Shown in pieces: positions 13,292 through 25,955 of a stretch of 64,000 nt of DNA. A program made the position numbers and the translations under genes. Source of the stretch: Octopus sinensis (Eukaryota); assembly GCF_006345805.1 (NCBI RefSeq), contig NC_043000.1:11594001-11658000 (forward strand), in the 5' to 3' direction. A model generated the notes under the pieces. It had not been told where the DNA came from, did no database searches, and saw only the letters and a program-made list of their open reading frames with translations. Each line of letters opens with the position of its first letter. The stretch's first letter is position 1.

Positions 13292-13679
13292 CTAGCAGTA
13301 TCGCCCGGCGTTGCTCGGGTTTGTAAGGGAAATAACTATATAAGCATTTTTAGAGAGTTATAGCCAAAAGATAGCAAAAAAATGGAAAAAAATGATGGTA
13401 ATTTTTTTTTAAATCGTTGACACATCGTAGACACTTTTAGAGAGTTACTTCCCTTATATAATAGCGAAAAAATGCATTAAAATGGGAAAAAATGATGGTA
13501 AATTTTTTTTAAATCGTAGACTCATCGTAGACGCGCACTAATACCCAGAAAGGTTCGATATGAATCACGACTATAAGATACCCGGTTTTGGTTAAACTGC
13601 ACCGCAAAATGTGGGAGTAGTTAGGAATCTAAATCGTAGGAGACAGACATGCACACAACTTCACTTTTATATATAAAGA
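13292..13679 (-). mobile_element. Non-autonomous Helitron
   Basis: Minus strand: A^TC 5' end (TCTTTATATATAAA), 3' hairpin CCCG-AGCAACGC-CGGG, then CTAG^T. These are canonical Helitron termini in an AT target. Internal direct duplication. Confidence 0.85.
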
Positions 13680-15675
13680 TATAATTATTTTAGTATATGT
13701 ATGTGTGTGTGTGTGTATGTATGTATGAGAGAGAGAGGAGAGAAAGATAGTGAAGATGTGACAAAGTTAGAGCAGGGACCATATGCCCAAGTTACAGGGT
13801 TGTGTATAAGTGAACCTGGGTTTGGAGAAGATGAATGGGTGGGTGAGTTCACAAGCTTTTGAAAGGAGTAGGGGCTAGACGTGGAAGAATATCAACTACT
13901 GAGGTTGCAAAAACAAAAGGACTTGCCCTCAACGGTATGCATCATACAGGATAGGTGTCTGCAATAGTACTTCCACACTTGTACACACTCCCCACATCAA
14001 TAAGGTACCACTCTAGGGCAGTGGATTCATGGAATTATTAGCAGTACGTTCCAAAGTGGGGTAAAATATACAAAGCCCAGTATATTCCTCACCTCATCCA
14101 CTTGGACCCCAAACCTATACACTTCCATAAAAGCATTCCATCACCCCTGCTACACTCCTCATTATTAGACTTCCAGGACAAGGTGCCTTGTAGAATCTGA
14201 CGTGGTTCTTTGCATTCTGATTGGAAATTCTACTTAAGGTTTCAAATGTCGTTGATGACCAGAGTTAACCACCAAACCATGGGGCCATTATTTGATGTTG
14301 AAAAGCTGATGAGAGTTGCGATGAATGATGGAGGTTTGTGACTGTCTGCTACAGCAGTTGTACAAAGATGATGGAAATTTTAGACACAGAAACAGAAAAG
14401 AGCAATAGATTCACCAAAAAATATGAAACATGCATCTATTGCTTATTGAATGACTGCATTACTGACTCTACAACACAGCAACTACCATTCTCTCTTCTCA
14501 TATTAGGCATTATAAATTGTTTCTCTATTTTAATAATAGTATATTTTATCCATCATGTGCAATAGAAGTAGTAGTTTAAAACAGCAACTGGTATATCATA
14601 CTTAAAACAGATACATCAATGAAAGCCTAATTATAGTCAAACAGTGTTATCACAGTAAATTAGGCTTTTAATGATATATCTGCTTTAAGTATCATATACA
14701 GATTGCTATTTTATTTTATGTTCACAATGTCTCTATCAATAGGTCAGTTGCTCTTTCCTGTCTCAAATAAGTTTTGATAATACCACGTTAATATAATTAT
14801 AGTTCTTATTCGTTTTCTCCATGCTAGCATATGTTGAATGAGGCTTATTGGGGTAGTATTCTACAGCTGGGTGTCCTTCCTTACAACAGCCTTATCTTGT
14901 TTTTCAAGTTAGGCGCTTTATTTCACAACGCCATATGAACTGCTGAGCTGTAAGACTTTTTGTTGATGTGGGACATAAACACTGTTACACTAAGAAACTG
15001 TAACAATTTCATAATAAGGAAAGAAAAAAAAATACATAAGTGAATTCTATATAACCTATTCCTCATAATTCCCTATTTTAAATTCAAATTTCTAATCCTT
15101 GTTGTGAAGGGATGGTTATCTCCCTTGTATTAACTGTCATCACTAGAGGGAGCTACAATTTAACCATATTTTTTTTTAATCAGATGGATTAAATAATGAT
15201 ATAATGATATAATTATTTCTAACATTGGCCCAGTGTTACACATTTATAGGAGAGATCCAAGTATTTAACTGATATAAGAAAGATAAAAAGGAAAAATTCA
15301 CTCTGATAGAATTTAAACTTAATGGAATAAAATTCATATATTTGTAGTGAAAGGCTATATTCAACAGAATCAAGTCCCAGTATATAACGGTACATATTTT
15401 ATGAAGCCTAGCAGAATAAAACACAAAGTTGATCCTAATATATATATATAATTGCTCGAAATACGAAGTAGAAAAGCAGCCAACAACTGATGAAGGGTCG
15501 TTTTTTTAATGTTGCTTGTCTTGTTTTCCATTATTTTCTTTCTTTATTTGCAAAAAAAAGTTTATATTTCATGTTTTCATAGTTCATATTCTATGTTGTG
15601 TTCACATTTCATGTTGTTTACGTTCTGTGGTGTCCTGTGCCCATATATGCATGTGTATATACATATATATATGTA

Positions 15676-15731
<56 letters not shown>

Positions 15732-15768
15732 AGTGTGTGTATGATATATATATATATGTGTGTGTATG

Positions 15769-15799
<31 letters not shown>

Positions 15800-16081
15800 A
15801 GTGTGAGTGTGTGGAGGTGCGTGGCTTAGTGGTTAGGGTGTCAGCATCATGATCGTAAGATTGTGGTTTCGATTCCTGGGCTGGGCGACGCATTGTGTTC
15901 TTGAGCAAAACACTTCATTTCACGTTGCTCCAGTCCACTCAGCTGCCAAAAATGAGTAATGCTGCGAAGGACTGCAATCTCATCCAACTGGGGAACACAT
16001 ATGCCATAGAAACTGTGCCCATGAGCCTGGCTAGGCTTTAAAAGGGCGCATTTATTATTTGATACATACATATATATAATA

Positions 16082-16444
16082 CTAGCAGTATCGCCCGGCG
16101 TTGCTCGGGTTTGTAAGGGAAACAACTATAAAGCATTTTTAGAGAGTTATAGCCAAAAAATGGGAAAAAATGATGGTAAATTTTTTTTTAGTTAAAAAGG
16201 TCGACTTGCGTCCCCTAGACAGTCTGTGGTTTGTGTTTCTGATTCTCGACCCCATGTCGAATTTATCGGTTTTTTTCAGAACTGGGGGAACTTTTCAAAA
16301 TTTTCGCTGCGTTAGTTTTGAATTATGACATTGGGCTATGTGTGTGTCAAGTTTCATCAGAATCGGTTGAAAGCCGTGGTCAGGGTGAGGGTACAACCTA
16401 ACAGACACACAGACACGCAGACAGACAAACTGCCGTTTATATAT

Positions 16445-16449
<5 letters not shown>
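16082..16449 (-). mobile_element. Non-autonomous Helitron (same 3' end as 13292, different interior)
   Basis: A^TCTCTATATATAAA...CCCGAGCAACGCCGGG-CGATACTG-CTAG^T, with a (CTGT)-type microsatellite near the 5' end. Confidence 0.85.
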
Positions 16450-16485
<36 letters not shown>

Positions 16486-16841
16486 AGTGTGTGTGTGTAT
16501 GATATATATATGTGTGTGTGTGTGTGTATGATATATATATATATATATGTGTGTGTGTGAGTGTGAGTGTGTGGAGGTGCGTGGCTTAGTGGTTAGGGTG
16601 TCAGCATCATGATCGTAAGATTGTGGTTTCGATTCCTGGGCTGGGCGACGCATTGTGTTCTTGAGCAAAACACTTCATTTCACGTTGCTCCAGTCCACTC
16701 AGCTGCCAAAAATGAGTAATGCTGCGAAGGACTGCAATCTCATCCAACTGGGGAACACATATGCCATAGAAACTGTGCCCATGAGCCTGGCTAGGCTTTA
16801 AAAGGGCGCATTTATTATTTGATACATACATATATATAATA

Positions 16842-17202
16842 CTAGCAGTATCGCCCGCGTTGCTCGGGTTTGTAAGGGAAACAACTATAAAGCATTTTTA
16901 GAGAGTTATAGCAAAAAATGGGAAAAAATGATGGTAAATTTTTTTTTAGTTAAAAAGGTCGACTTGCGTCCCCTAGACAGTCTGTGGTTTGTGTTTCTGA
17001 TTCTCGACCCCATGTCGAATTTATCGGTTTTTTTCAGAACTGGGGGAACTTTTCAAAATTTTCGCTGCGTTAGTTTTGAATTATGACATTGGGCTATGTG
17101 TGTGTCAAGTTTCATCAGAATCGGTTGAAAGCCGTGGTCAGGGTGAGGGTACAACCTAACAGACACACAGACACGCAGACAGACAAACTGCCGTTTATAT
17201 AT

Positions 17203-17207
<5 letters not shown>
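16842..17207 (-). mobile_element. Non-autonomous Helitron, duplicate of 16082-16449
   Basis: Part of the ~760-bp tandem duplication. Confidence 0.85.
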
Positions 17208-17239
<32 letters not shown>

Positions 17240-17718
17240 AATGTATATTTATACCGGTGTGTGTTTGTGTTTGTCCCCAACCACTGATTGACAACTAATG
17301 TTGGTGTGTTTACGTACCCATAACTTAGTAGTTTGGTAAAAAAGACTGACAGAATAAGTACAAAGCATAGAAAAAGATACATAGTGGAGTCAATTCATTT
17401 GACTAAAAATTCTTGAAGGCAGTGCCCCAGCATAGCCGCAGTCTAATGACTGAAATACATAAAAGATAAAAGACAGAAATGTAGAGGACCATAATTATAT
17501 ATTTTCAGAGGTAATTAACTCAGTGTAATAAGGCTTCTCAGTAACGGCCCACATGATTATACACTGTTAACTGACTTTAAAAACAATCATAGAAACAAAA
17601 AAAACAAAAAAATAGTGTTACATTAAGATTTAAAAAATTTTATTTTTCTTCTATGAAGACAACATATCTGATCACCCGTTGATGGATATCTCTGATCATG
17701 AAAGATCAGCCAACTGAA

Positions 17719-17728
17719 TTTATTTATT
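17719..17728 (-). promoter_or_regulatory. Candidate polyadenylation signal (overlapping AATAAA x2)
   Basis: AATAAATAAA on the minus strand about 315 nt after the stop. Position is plausible, but the hexamer is common in AT-rich DNA. Confidence 0.3.
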
Positions 17729-18041
17729 ATACATTTAAATGTGATACATATATATTCCTAGCAGGGAATAATGGTTCCATTCAGGCAAGATGTTTTACCT
17801 GAAATACAATTGGGAATAATGCAGAGATCCAAATTCTGTTCTTATGTGGATGTTTTGCCAAATATACATACATACCACATTGAATGGATCCTACTATTAT
17901 ATGTACCTTGGTTTTAATGCATATATATATATACATACAGGAACCTACATATATATGTATATATATAAATATATATATACACACACAGGAACCTACTGCT
18001 ACATACCATGGTCTTAGATTATATATATATGGTACAAATGT

Positions 18042-18246
18042 TCATTTTGCTGTTACTGGTCTGTGTTTGAATCGTAGAATCAAATATCCAATGAACCGGA
18101 TTATTACAAGAAGTGAGATTAGAAGAATGATATTGCCATAAAGTGGGATATCAATGTTGGCTGTTTCCACGACAGTGTAGCTTGGAACTGTGTCTACAGC
18201 ATTTTTACAAGGACCAAAGCTGCTTGCTGTAGTTAGATTCAGGCAC
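18042..18246 (-). CDS. ABCG exon 14, terminal (CLNLTT...LLVIIRFIGYLILRFKHRPVTAK-stop)
   Basis: Last TM helix with the R..GY..LR ending typical of ABCG. TCTGTTACAG| acceptor, TGA at 18044-18042. Confidence 0.96.
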
Positions 18247-18689
18247 CTGTAACAGAAATGCATATTCAAGTTTACTAACAGAAAAAGACAACAACAACAA
18301 TAACAATGGTGGTGGTGGCGGCGGCAATGGCGATGATGATGATGATGATGAAATTATTGTATACAGTGCTCAGGTGCACCACAACTTGTCAAAAGTGCAT
18401 ATAAAGTATATGCAGTAATGTACAAATGTCTGGAAAGCGAACAGTGTATGAATCAGATATATGCTTGCGTGTGTATGGAGGGGAGGCAGTGTGTTGGGCA
18501 TGTCTGTAAGAGGGATTAGTATTGTTCTGGCAAGGCTAATTTGGTCCCGCCTTGTTGCTATCAGATGTTGTAGGTCTGAGACATTTGGACACTTAGGTTA
18601 TTCAACGTAACAACTATCTTCTTGAGAGGTATTGATTATCAATAAAGTTAGATTTTTGGTAAATTATTTTAACAACTCTGATACGATGA

Positions 18690-19130
18690 CTGCCATCTGT
18701 GCTAGTGGAGCGCTAAGAGCACCATCCGAGCGTGATCGTTGCCAACTGGCTTCTGCGCCAGTGGCATGTAAAAAGCACCATTCGAGCGTGATCACTACCA
18801 GGGTTGCCTTACTGGCACGTGAAAAAACATTCAAGCGAGGTCGTTGCCAGTGCCGCTGGACTGGCTCCTGTGCAGGTGGCATGTAAAAAACACCATTTGA
18901 GCGTAGCTGTTGCCAGTACCGCCTGACTGGCCCTTGTTCCGGTGGCACGTAAAAACACCCACTACACTCTCGGACTGGTTGGCGTCAGGAAGGGCATCCA
19001 GCTGTAGAAACGCTGCCAGATCAAGATTGGAGTCTGGTGCAGCCATCTGGTTCGCCAGTCCTCAGTCAAATCGTCCAACCCATGCCAGCATGGAAAGCGG
19101 ACGTTAAACGATGATGATGATGATGATGAT
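18690..19130 (+). mobile_element. (GAT)n-tailed LINE 3' fragment
   Basis: Aligns with 35750-36196. Confidence 0.8.
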
Positions 19131-19830
19131 AGTCAATCTGCAGCTATAGTAGAAGACACTAGACAGTGTCCACACACTGGAAACAAACCCTAAATCAAAC
19201 GGTTCTGAAGTCAGCTACTTAATTATCTGGTTATGTCTATATCATCATATTTTAATCACTATTTAGCACCCATACTCCATGCTGGCATGGATTTAACAGT
19301 TAAATGGATCCCACAGGTCAGAAGATTGTGTCAAGTACCAATGTCTGTTGTGGTTTAGCTTACATAAACAGAGTGTGTGTAGGTATGGTTAAGAAGCTGG
19401 CTTTGCAATCAAGTGGTTTGGCGTTTAGTCCCATTGTTCATCCTTGCGCAAGTGTCTTCATTATAATGATATCCCGTATGTATCTATTCGTAGAACCTAT
19501 TTACGGCAAGGTGAATTGAGCAAATTCAGAAATTTTCGTTCAAACACAAGTGGAAACAACTCCTGTATACAAACTATTTCCAAGAGGAAATAACTCTTCA
19601 TCTTCAACTTGACTATTTTTGCAGGGTATCCCGACTGAGAGGATTCAAATAAATGAAGGGATGGGGCTATGTTAAAGAGCAGTCATTTCATAGGGGATAT
19701 ATAATGTATTGCCCGAATGTGGAATTTAGTGCTCAAAATTTGAAATATAGTAGTAATATATGGAGTTGTGTCTGAACATTTTATCAACACTGTGAGAATA
19801 TTTTATCAAATTAATAGATTCAGGCGTGGC

Positions 19831-20222
19831 TCTCTCTTTACTCTTGTTTCAGTCATTTAACTGTGGCCATGCTGGAGCATCGCTTTTAGTCGAACAAATC
19901 GACCCCAGGACTTATTCTTTGTAAGCCTAGTACTTATTCTATTGGTCTCTTTTCTTGAACTGCTAAGTTATGGGGACGAAAATACACCGGCATCAGTTGT
20001 CAAGTGATGTTGGGGAGACAAACACAGACACACAAACATATATATATATACATATATACGACGAGCTTCTTTCAGTTTCCGCCTACCAAATCCACTCCAA
20101 GGCTTTGGTCGACCCGAGGCTATAGTAGAAGACACTTGCCCAATATGCCATGCAGTGGGACTGAACCCGGAACCATGTGGTTGGTAAGCAAGCTACTTAC
20201 CACACAGCCACTCCTGTGCCTA
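19831..20222 (-). mobile_element. SINE family A
   Basis: Reverse-complement match to 50580-50993. Confidence 0.9.
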
Positions 20223-20299
20223 TGTTTTTTTACATGGGGAATATTATTTTTCTGGGAAACAGAAGAGGGCTGATGACAGGAAAGGCATCCAGTTGTGCA

Positions 20300-20665
20300 G
20301 TAAAAGTTTGCTTCCCAACCACAAGGTCTTGGGTTCAGTCCCACTGCATGGTACCTTGGACAAGTGTCTTCTATTATAGCCCTGGGCCAACCAAAGCTTT
20401 GTAAATGGATTTGGTAGACAGAAACTGAAAGAAGTTACTGTCTCTTTGCTTTGACTTCATATGCTAGTTGTAAACGAGAATCACTGTTATGTAAGCGACG
20501 TCCTTCATTTCTATTCTTCTGTGAAAACATATCTGATCATGGGGAATATTATTTTTCTGGGAAGCAGACGAGGGCTGGCGACAGGAAAGGCATCCAGTTG
20601 TGAAAAATCCACCTCAACAAATTCTGTCCAATCCATGCAAGCATGGAAAAGTGGATGATAAAACA
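20300..20665 (+). mobile_element. SINE with a family-A head and a LINE-type tail
   Basis: Ends ...GGAAAGGCATCCAGTTGTG...CCATGCAAGCATGGAAAAGTGGA, matching the LINE tail. Related tails at 355-590, 27000-27250 and 44355-44590. Confidence 0.7.
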
Positions 20666-20767
20666 ATGATTAATACTGGTCAGGTTTACAACCAAAATGG
20701 AAGGAATCAGAGATTTAGAAAGGAGAAAAACAAAAAAATCTAATGTAGAAAAACAAAGTATATTTAC

Positions 20768-20885
20768 TTGATAGGTATGTCATTTCCAAATTCTAGCATC
20801 ACCAAAATGTTGTAAGAATACGCAATAAAAGACAGGTTCTTTAGCCATTGTAACCATGGTGGGATCTTTTCTGCATAAAATCCAA
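20768..20885 (-). CDS. ABCG exon 13 (GFYAEKIPPWLQWLKNLSF...LEFGNDIPI-K)
   Basis: GFY..IP.WL.WL..LS motif. TTTCTTTCAG| acceptor, AA|GTAAAT donor. Confidence 0.96.
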
Positions 20886-22084
20886 CTGAAAGAAACACAA
20901 TTGTTATAGTAGTAGAAGTAATAATAATAATAATAATAATGGTTTCAAATTTTGCCACAAGGGCAACCACTTTGGAGAGGGGATGAGTCAATTACATCGA
21001 CCCCATCAGTATTTCACTGGTACTTAATTTATCAAAATCTACCTTGGCAGAATTTGAACTCAAAAGGTAGCGACAGGCGAAATACTATTAAGCATTTCGT
21101 CCAGCATGCTAATGATTCTGCCTTAATAATAATAATAATAACAACAACAACAATAACAATTTCAATAGGATGAATAATAATAATAGTTTCAAATTTTGGC
21201 ACAAGGCCAGCAATTTCAAAGGAGGGAGTAAGTTGATTACATCAACCCCAGTGTTCAACTGGTACTTATTTTATCAAGTTTGAAAGGATGAAAGGCAAAG
21301 TTGACCTCCACAGAATTTGAACTCAGAACGTAAAGACAGACAAAATGCTGCTAAACATTTTGCCTGGTGCGCTAAAAATTTGGCCAGCCTACAGCCTCAA
21401 CAACATCATCATCAACAACATCAGTAGCACCACCACCACCAACAACAGCCATCCAAGAGTTTGGACCTGGAGATCTCCATTTCCAGCAACTTCGAGGGCC
21501 ACCTCCCAGTGGTGTCGGGCGTCAATGAAGAGTCCTCGACTACAAGACGACAACCAAAGTTTTTTTCACCTAATCACCCTTACCTGTCTTCTTGCTTAAC
21601 AACAACCAACAACAACAACCTTTTCTATTATAGGTGCCTGCAATTTTTGAGGTACAGTGTTTAAAAGTCAGGGTACATTGTCTGGGTGGAATACAGTATA
21701 AAAAGTCAGTGTCTATTAGACAGGTGAAGTAGAACATGACAATCTGAGTTGCTGATTGTGTCTGATTCACTGAAGCGTTGCATCTGGGAAGGCATGAGTG
21801 GGTTTTGGGTATGCACAAGGTACAATGCAACTGTTAATTTATTATATGCATGAAGACATGATCATGATGATGATGTGGTGGTGGTGGAGGTGATGAGAGT
21901 AGTGTTGGTAATTGTGGCGATAGAAGTAATATGAGAGAGAGAGAACCTCCTGGTTTCCAAAGTAGAGCACGGATCATTATGCAGATGCAGTCATACCATG
22001 CATGACTGCAATACAACATGATACTTTATTAAAAGAACAAAATTGCAATGAGGCGACGACAGAGGTATTATATGTCTGACTTAC

Positions 22085-22175
22085 CAAACAACATACTAAC
22101 TAATATGAAAACTGTAGAAAAGGTTAGACCCCACTGTATATCCAGAAATACAACGCCAAATAGAAGACCCAAGCC
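22085..22175 (-). CDS. ABCG exon 12 (GLGLLFGVVFLDIQWGLTFSTVFILVSMLF-V)
   Basis: GLGL motif and TM5. TTTTTGCAG| acceptor, G|GTAAGT donor. Confidence 0.94.
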
Positions 22176-22224
22176 CTGCAAAAAGAAATCAACAAATTAA
22201 ATTCACATAAATACATATATATAT

Positions 22225-22274
<50 letters not shown>

Positions 22275-22384
22275 TATATGTATGTATGTATGTTTATCTT
22301 CATTGCTGATTGTCAAAACACTGAAAACTAGATCATGTAACATAATCCTAGGAATGCACATGTACACATACAGACATATATATA

Positions 22385-22958
22385 CTCTTTTACTTGTTTC
22401 AGTCATTTGACTGCGGCCATGCTGGAGCACCGCCTTTAGTCGAGCAAATCGACCCCAGGACTTATTCTTAGTAAGCCTAGTACATATTCTATCAGTCTCT
22501 TTTGCCGAACCGCTAAATTACAGTACATATATATATACACACACACACACATACATATATACGACGGGCTTCTTTCAGTTTCCGTCTACCATATCCACTC
22601 ACAAGGCTTTGGTCGGCCGGAGGCTATAGTAGAAGACACTTGCCCAAGGTGCCACGCAGTGGAAATGAACCTGGAACCATGTGGTTGGTAAGCAAACTAC
22701 TAACGACACAGCCACTCCTGTGCCTATATATATATATATATTTATGTGTGATTGTGTCTTTGTTTGTGTCTCCAACCATTGACTGACAACCGATGTTGTC
22801 ATGTTTATGTCCCCATAACTTAGCAGTTCGGCAAAAGTAAGCAATAAAATAAGTACTAAGCTTACAAAGACTAAGTCCCGAGGTCAATTTCTTTGACTAA
22901 AACCCTTTAAGACAGTGCTCCACCATGGCCACAGTCAAATGAATAAAACATGTAAAAG
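22385..22958. mobile_element. SINE family A: minus-strand copy (22385-22723) abutting a headless plus-strand copy (22741-22958)
   Basis: The two 3' halves are reverse complements. Confidence 0.85.
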
Positions 22959-22975
22959 TATATATATATATATAA

Positions 22976-23330
22976 AAATGAGAAAATGAAGAAAATGGAA
23001 AAAATTGACGTACAGACTATTTATTTAAAGACATTCAAAATCATGCAGAGATTTTCCTACCTACAGCTGTTTCGACATCCAATCAACTCAAGTACAGAAA
23101 TATAATTCAAATTTCACTATTCGAAACCAGTCAATTGGGTATTTCTTCAGGGAGAATTTCCAAAAGGAAGTTACATTTTAATATGTAGGTTAACCTACGA
23201 CAAACTCAGATGTGTGTATTTTCTTGAATGCAAGCGTTCCTTAAAAAAACCGTTATTACCATATATAAAGAAACACATTCAACATATTTGAGGTCATGCA
23301 AATATATTACATTATTATTCTTCTTAATAA
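22976..23330 (-). mobile_element. Penelope-type terminal-repeat remnant with hammerhead-like motif
   Basis: Minus strand reads CTGAAGA-[long stem]-GAAA-CAGCTG-TA at 23150-23062, then a T-rich 3' part ending in (TA)n. Boundaries are approximate. Confidence 0.55.
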
Positions 23331-23716
23331 TAATAATAATAATAGACAATATGTGCATCTCTGATCACGAGCAGAAGTAGTGGGGGAGCATCATAGCCAT
23401 GTGTTGAGAGAGATTCTTTGGGATTTGAATAATTCACCTCTGGAAACATGAGTGATTTGTTCATCATCCTTAAACAACCCTTATTTAGGGACCTTTTGAG
23501 CAGGATGGGTTACTTGACCAGTTGAAAATTCTAACTGGGCCCCACCTGCAAGGTCATGTGCTGTTTATCTTGATATGAGATCACCATGTCGTGCACATAT
23601 GGTTGTGATGCATGTGTCTGGTGTACCCTTATCAAATGGGTAATCATGATGGGTATACTGGGCTTCGTATATTTTATCCCAGTGTCACTTTGATGGCATG
23701 TACTGCTCTCTCCCTC

Positions 23717-23767
<51 letters not shown>

Positions 23768-24840
23768 CAAATGGCTAGCAAGTTTAACCTATATAGGTAA
23801 AATATACAAATATATAAAGAAAAGTAATGTGATGAATATTTTGAAAAATAGATGAATACAGTGTTCTTGGCTAATGATCCTTGAGTACAAAGGTGCAAAA
23901 GGAGAAATCAGTTGATACCAAGATATCAGTTTCTTGCTTTATGGTTTATACAAGGTGAGCCTGTTTTATTATATTCATTGCATTCACTGTGTGTGTTTCT
24001 TAATAGTGAGAAATTTGTGGTTTTGGAGTGCTAGCTTCTCTTTCTAACAAGTGGTATTATATATATATATATATAAACTTACTTGGAGGATAAGAAACGA
24101 CACGAGGCGCTCAGAGCCATCTGTGTATTGTACTTAATGTGAGAAGTGAAAGCAAATTTACAGTATTCATCCAGTGATGATATTTCTTATGGATTTACCG
24201 TGTTTACAAACACAATATATATCAGAGGCAGATGGAAATCATCCAACAGTCATTGGTTAGAATGTTACAAGCAGATTTCTACATCATTGGGCATCATCAA
24301 TAGCATGCACTCACTGCCAACAATATCCAAAGATGAAGTGTGGTTAGGGAGCTTGCTTCCTAGCTACATGGTTTCGGGTTCAATCCCACTGCGTGGCACT
24401 TTGGGTAGGTGTCTTCCGCTATAGCCCCGAGCTGACCGGAGCTTTGTGATTGAATTCGGTAGGTGGAAGTTACTGCCGTGTGTGTATATGTGCGTGTAGG
24501 TGCTTGTGCCTCTCCGAAAGAGAGAGAGGGAGAGGGGGAAATCTGTTTCCACTGATGTAGAAAAACAGTGAACAAACAAACACTGGTATGGAAAATGGCC
24601 CCATGGTTGAATAAAAATTCATTTTCATTATATGCAACTGAATCTGTTACAAATTAAAACAGCCATCTGTGTATCATACTAAATGTAAAGCGTTGAAAGG
24701 CAATTAACTGCAGTATTTGTTATGGTCATGCTGTTTAAAATATATTATACATTAGAAACACACCCAAAATAACACAGAATGAAACATAAGACTAATGGAT
24801 GGTACTAAATAAAGAGAGATGGAAGACAAACAAAACTTAC

Positions 24841-25055
24841 CTGAGATAATATTGCATGAAGGACAATAATAATTACAGACAAGGAGAGAACACCTGGATT
24901 GTCCAGCCCTGCCAACAGGCACACCAATAAAAAGCTGACCATTGGGAGAACAATTGCCAAAGGTGCTTCAACAAACATCTTAGCCATGTAGTAGGCTGAG
25001 AGGCGGTAGTAACCAGCAGCACGCTCCTTCAACAGTAGATCTTTATCTTCAGGAA
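24841..25055 (-). CDS. ABCG exon 11 (PEDKDLLLKERAAGYYRLSAYY...HAILSQ)
   Basis: KERxxGxYxxSAY motif plus TM3-4. TTTTCCAG| acceptor, CAG|GTAAGT donor. Confidence 0.97.
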
Positions 25056-25136
25056 CTGGAAAATAAATATGAAAATATGCTTGTATTTACTATGATGTTG
25101 ATAAGGTCAATGTTCAGATAAACTATAAATGGTACT

Positions 25137-25450
25137 TTGTCGGTTAGGACTATGAGTGTTCCAGTTGTTCCAATCAAAGGAACAGCCTGCTCGTGAAATT
25201 AATATGCAAGTGGCTGAGCGCTCCACAGACATGAGTACTCTTAATGTAGTTCTCGGGGAGATTCAGCATGACACAGAGTGTGACAAGGCTGGCCCTTTTG
25301 AAATACAGGTACAACTCATTTTTTCCAGCTGAGTTGACTGGAGCAACATGAAATAAAGTGTCTTGCTCAAGGACGCAACACATCACCAGGTATTGAACTC
25401 AGGACCATATGATAGTGAGCTGAATACCCTAGCCACTAAGCCAAATGATT
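25137..25450 (-). mobile_element. Mosaic tRNA-SINE
   Basis: Head and TTGAGCAAGACAC domain resemble 15811 and 36350; the tail matches 55670-55846. Confidence 0.75.
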
Positions 25451-25955
25451 TCACAAGATAAACTATAGAGAAAGTGAAAGCTCAGAGAGAGAGAGAGAGC
25501 TGTAGCGGGTAGTAGGGATTGAAAGGAGGAATGCAATAAGTATTTAGCATGGAGTCTGGTATTTGAGAGAACAGTAGAGACGATGAGAGAAAAGACAGAT
25601 TATGCTATATACACATGTACATAAATATATACATACACATATAGTATGTAGTCCCACCCATGCCAGCATAGCAGGCAGACTTTAAATGATGATGTAGACA
25701 TGTGCTGGTGATATGTTAAAGGCACCCATACCTCTATGGAATGGTTAGCATTAGGAAGAGCATCCAACCATAGAAACCAAGCCGAAACAGACCAGAGCCT
25801 GGTGTAATTCTCTAGCTTACAAGTTTTCAAGACACTTGACTATCTAGCTTTAAAATACGCACTATGACAGGGTAACTTTTACCTTCTGTAATGACAACTG
25901 ATTCATTGGCTTGCAGCATAGCTTCAGGAAGGATGATCTTCTGCCGAGATGACTT

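Larger units (their letters stand above)
15724..17236. repeat. Tandem duplication, period about 760 bp (microsatellite + SINE + Helitron)
   Basis: GTGGAGGTGC at 15811 and 16571. The copies differ only in microsatellite length and two 1-bp deletions. Confidence 0.95.

Noticed and set aside
15487-15520. CTGATGAAGGG as a hammerhead core
   Set aside because: No helix II or GAAA follows. At most a deleted remnant, so it is not counted among the motifs. CTGATGA at 63727 was rejected for the same reason.
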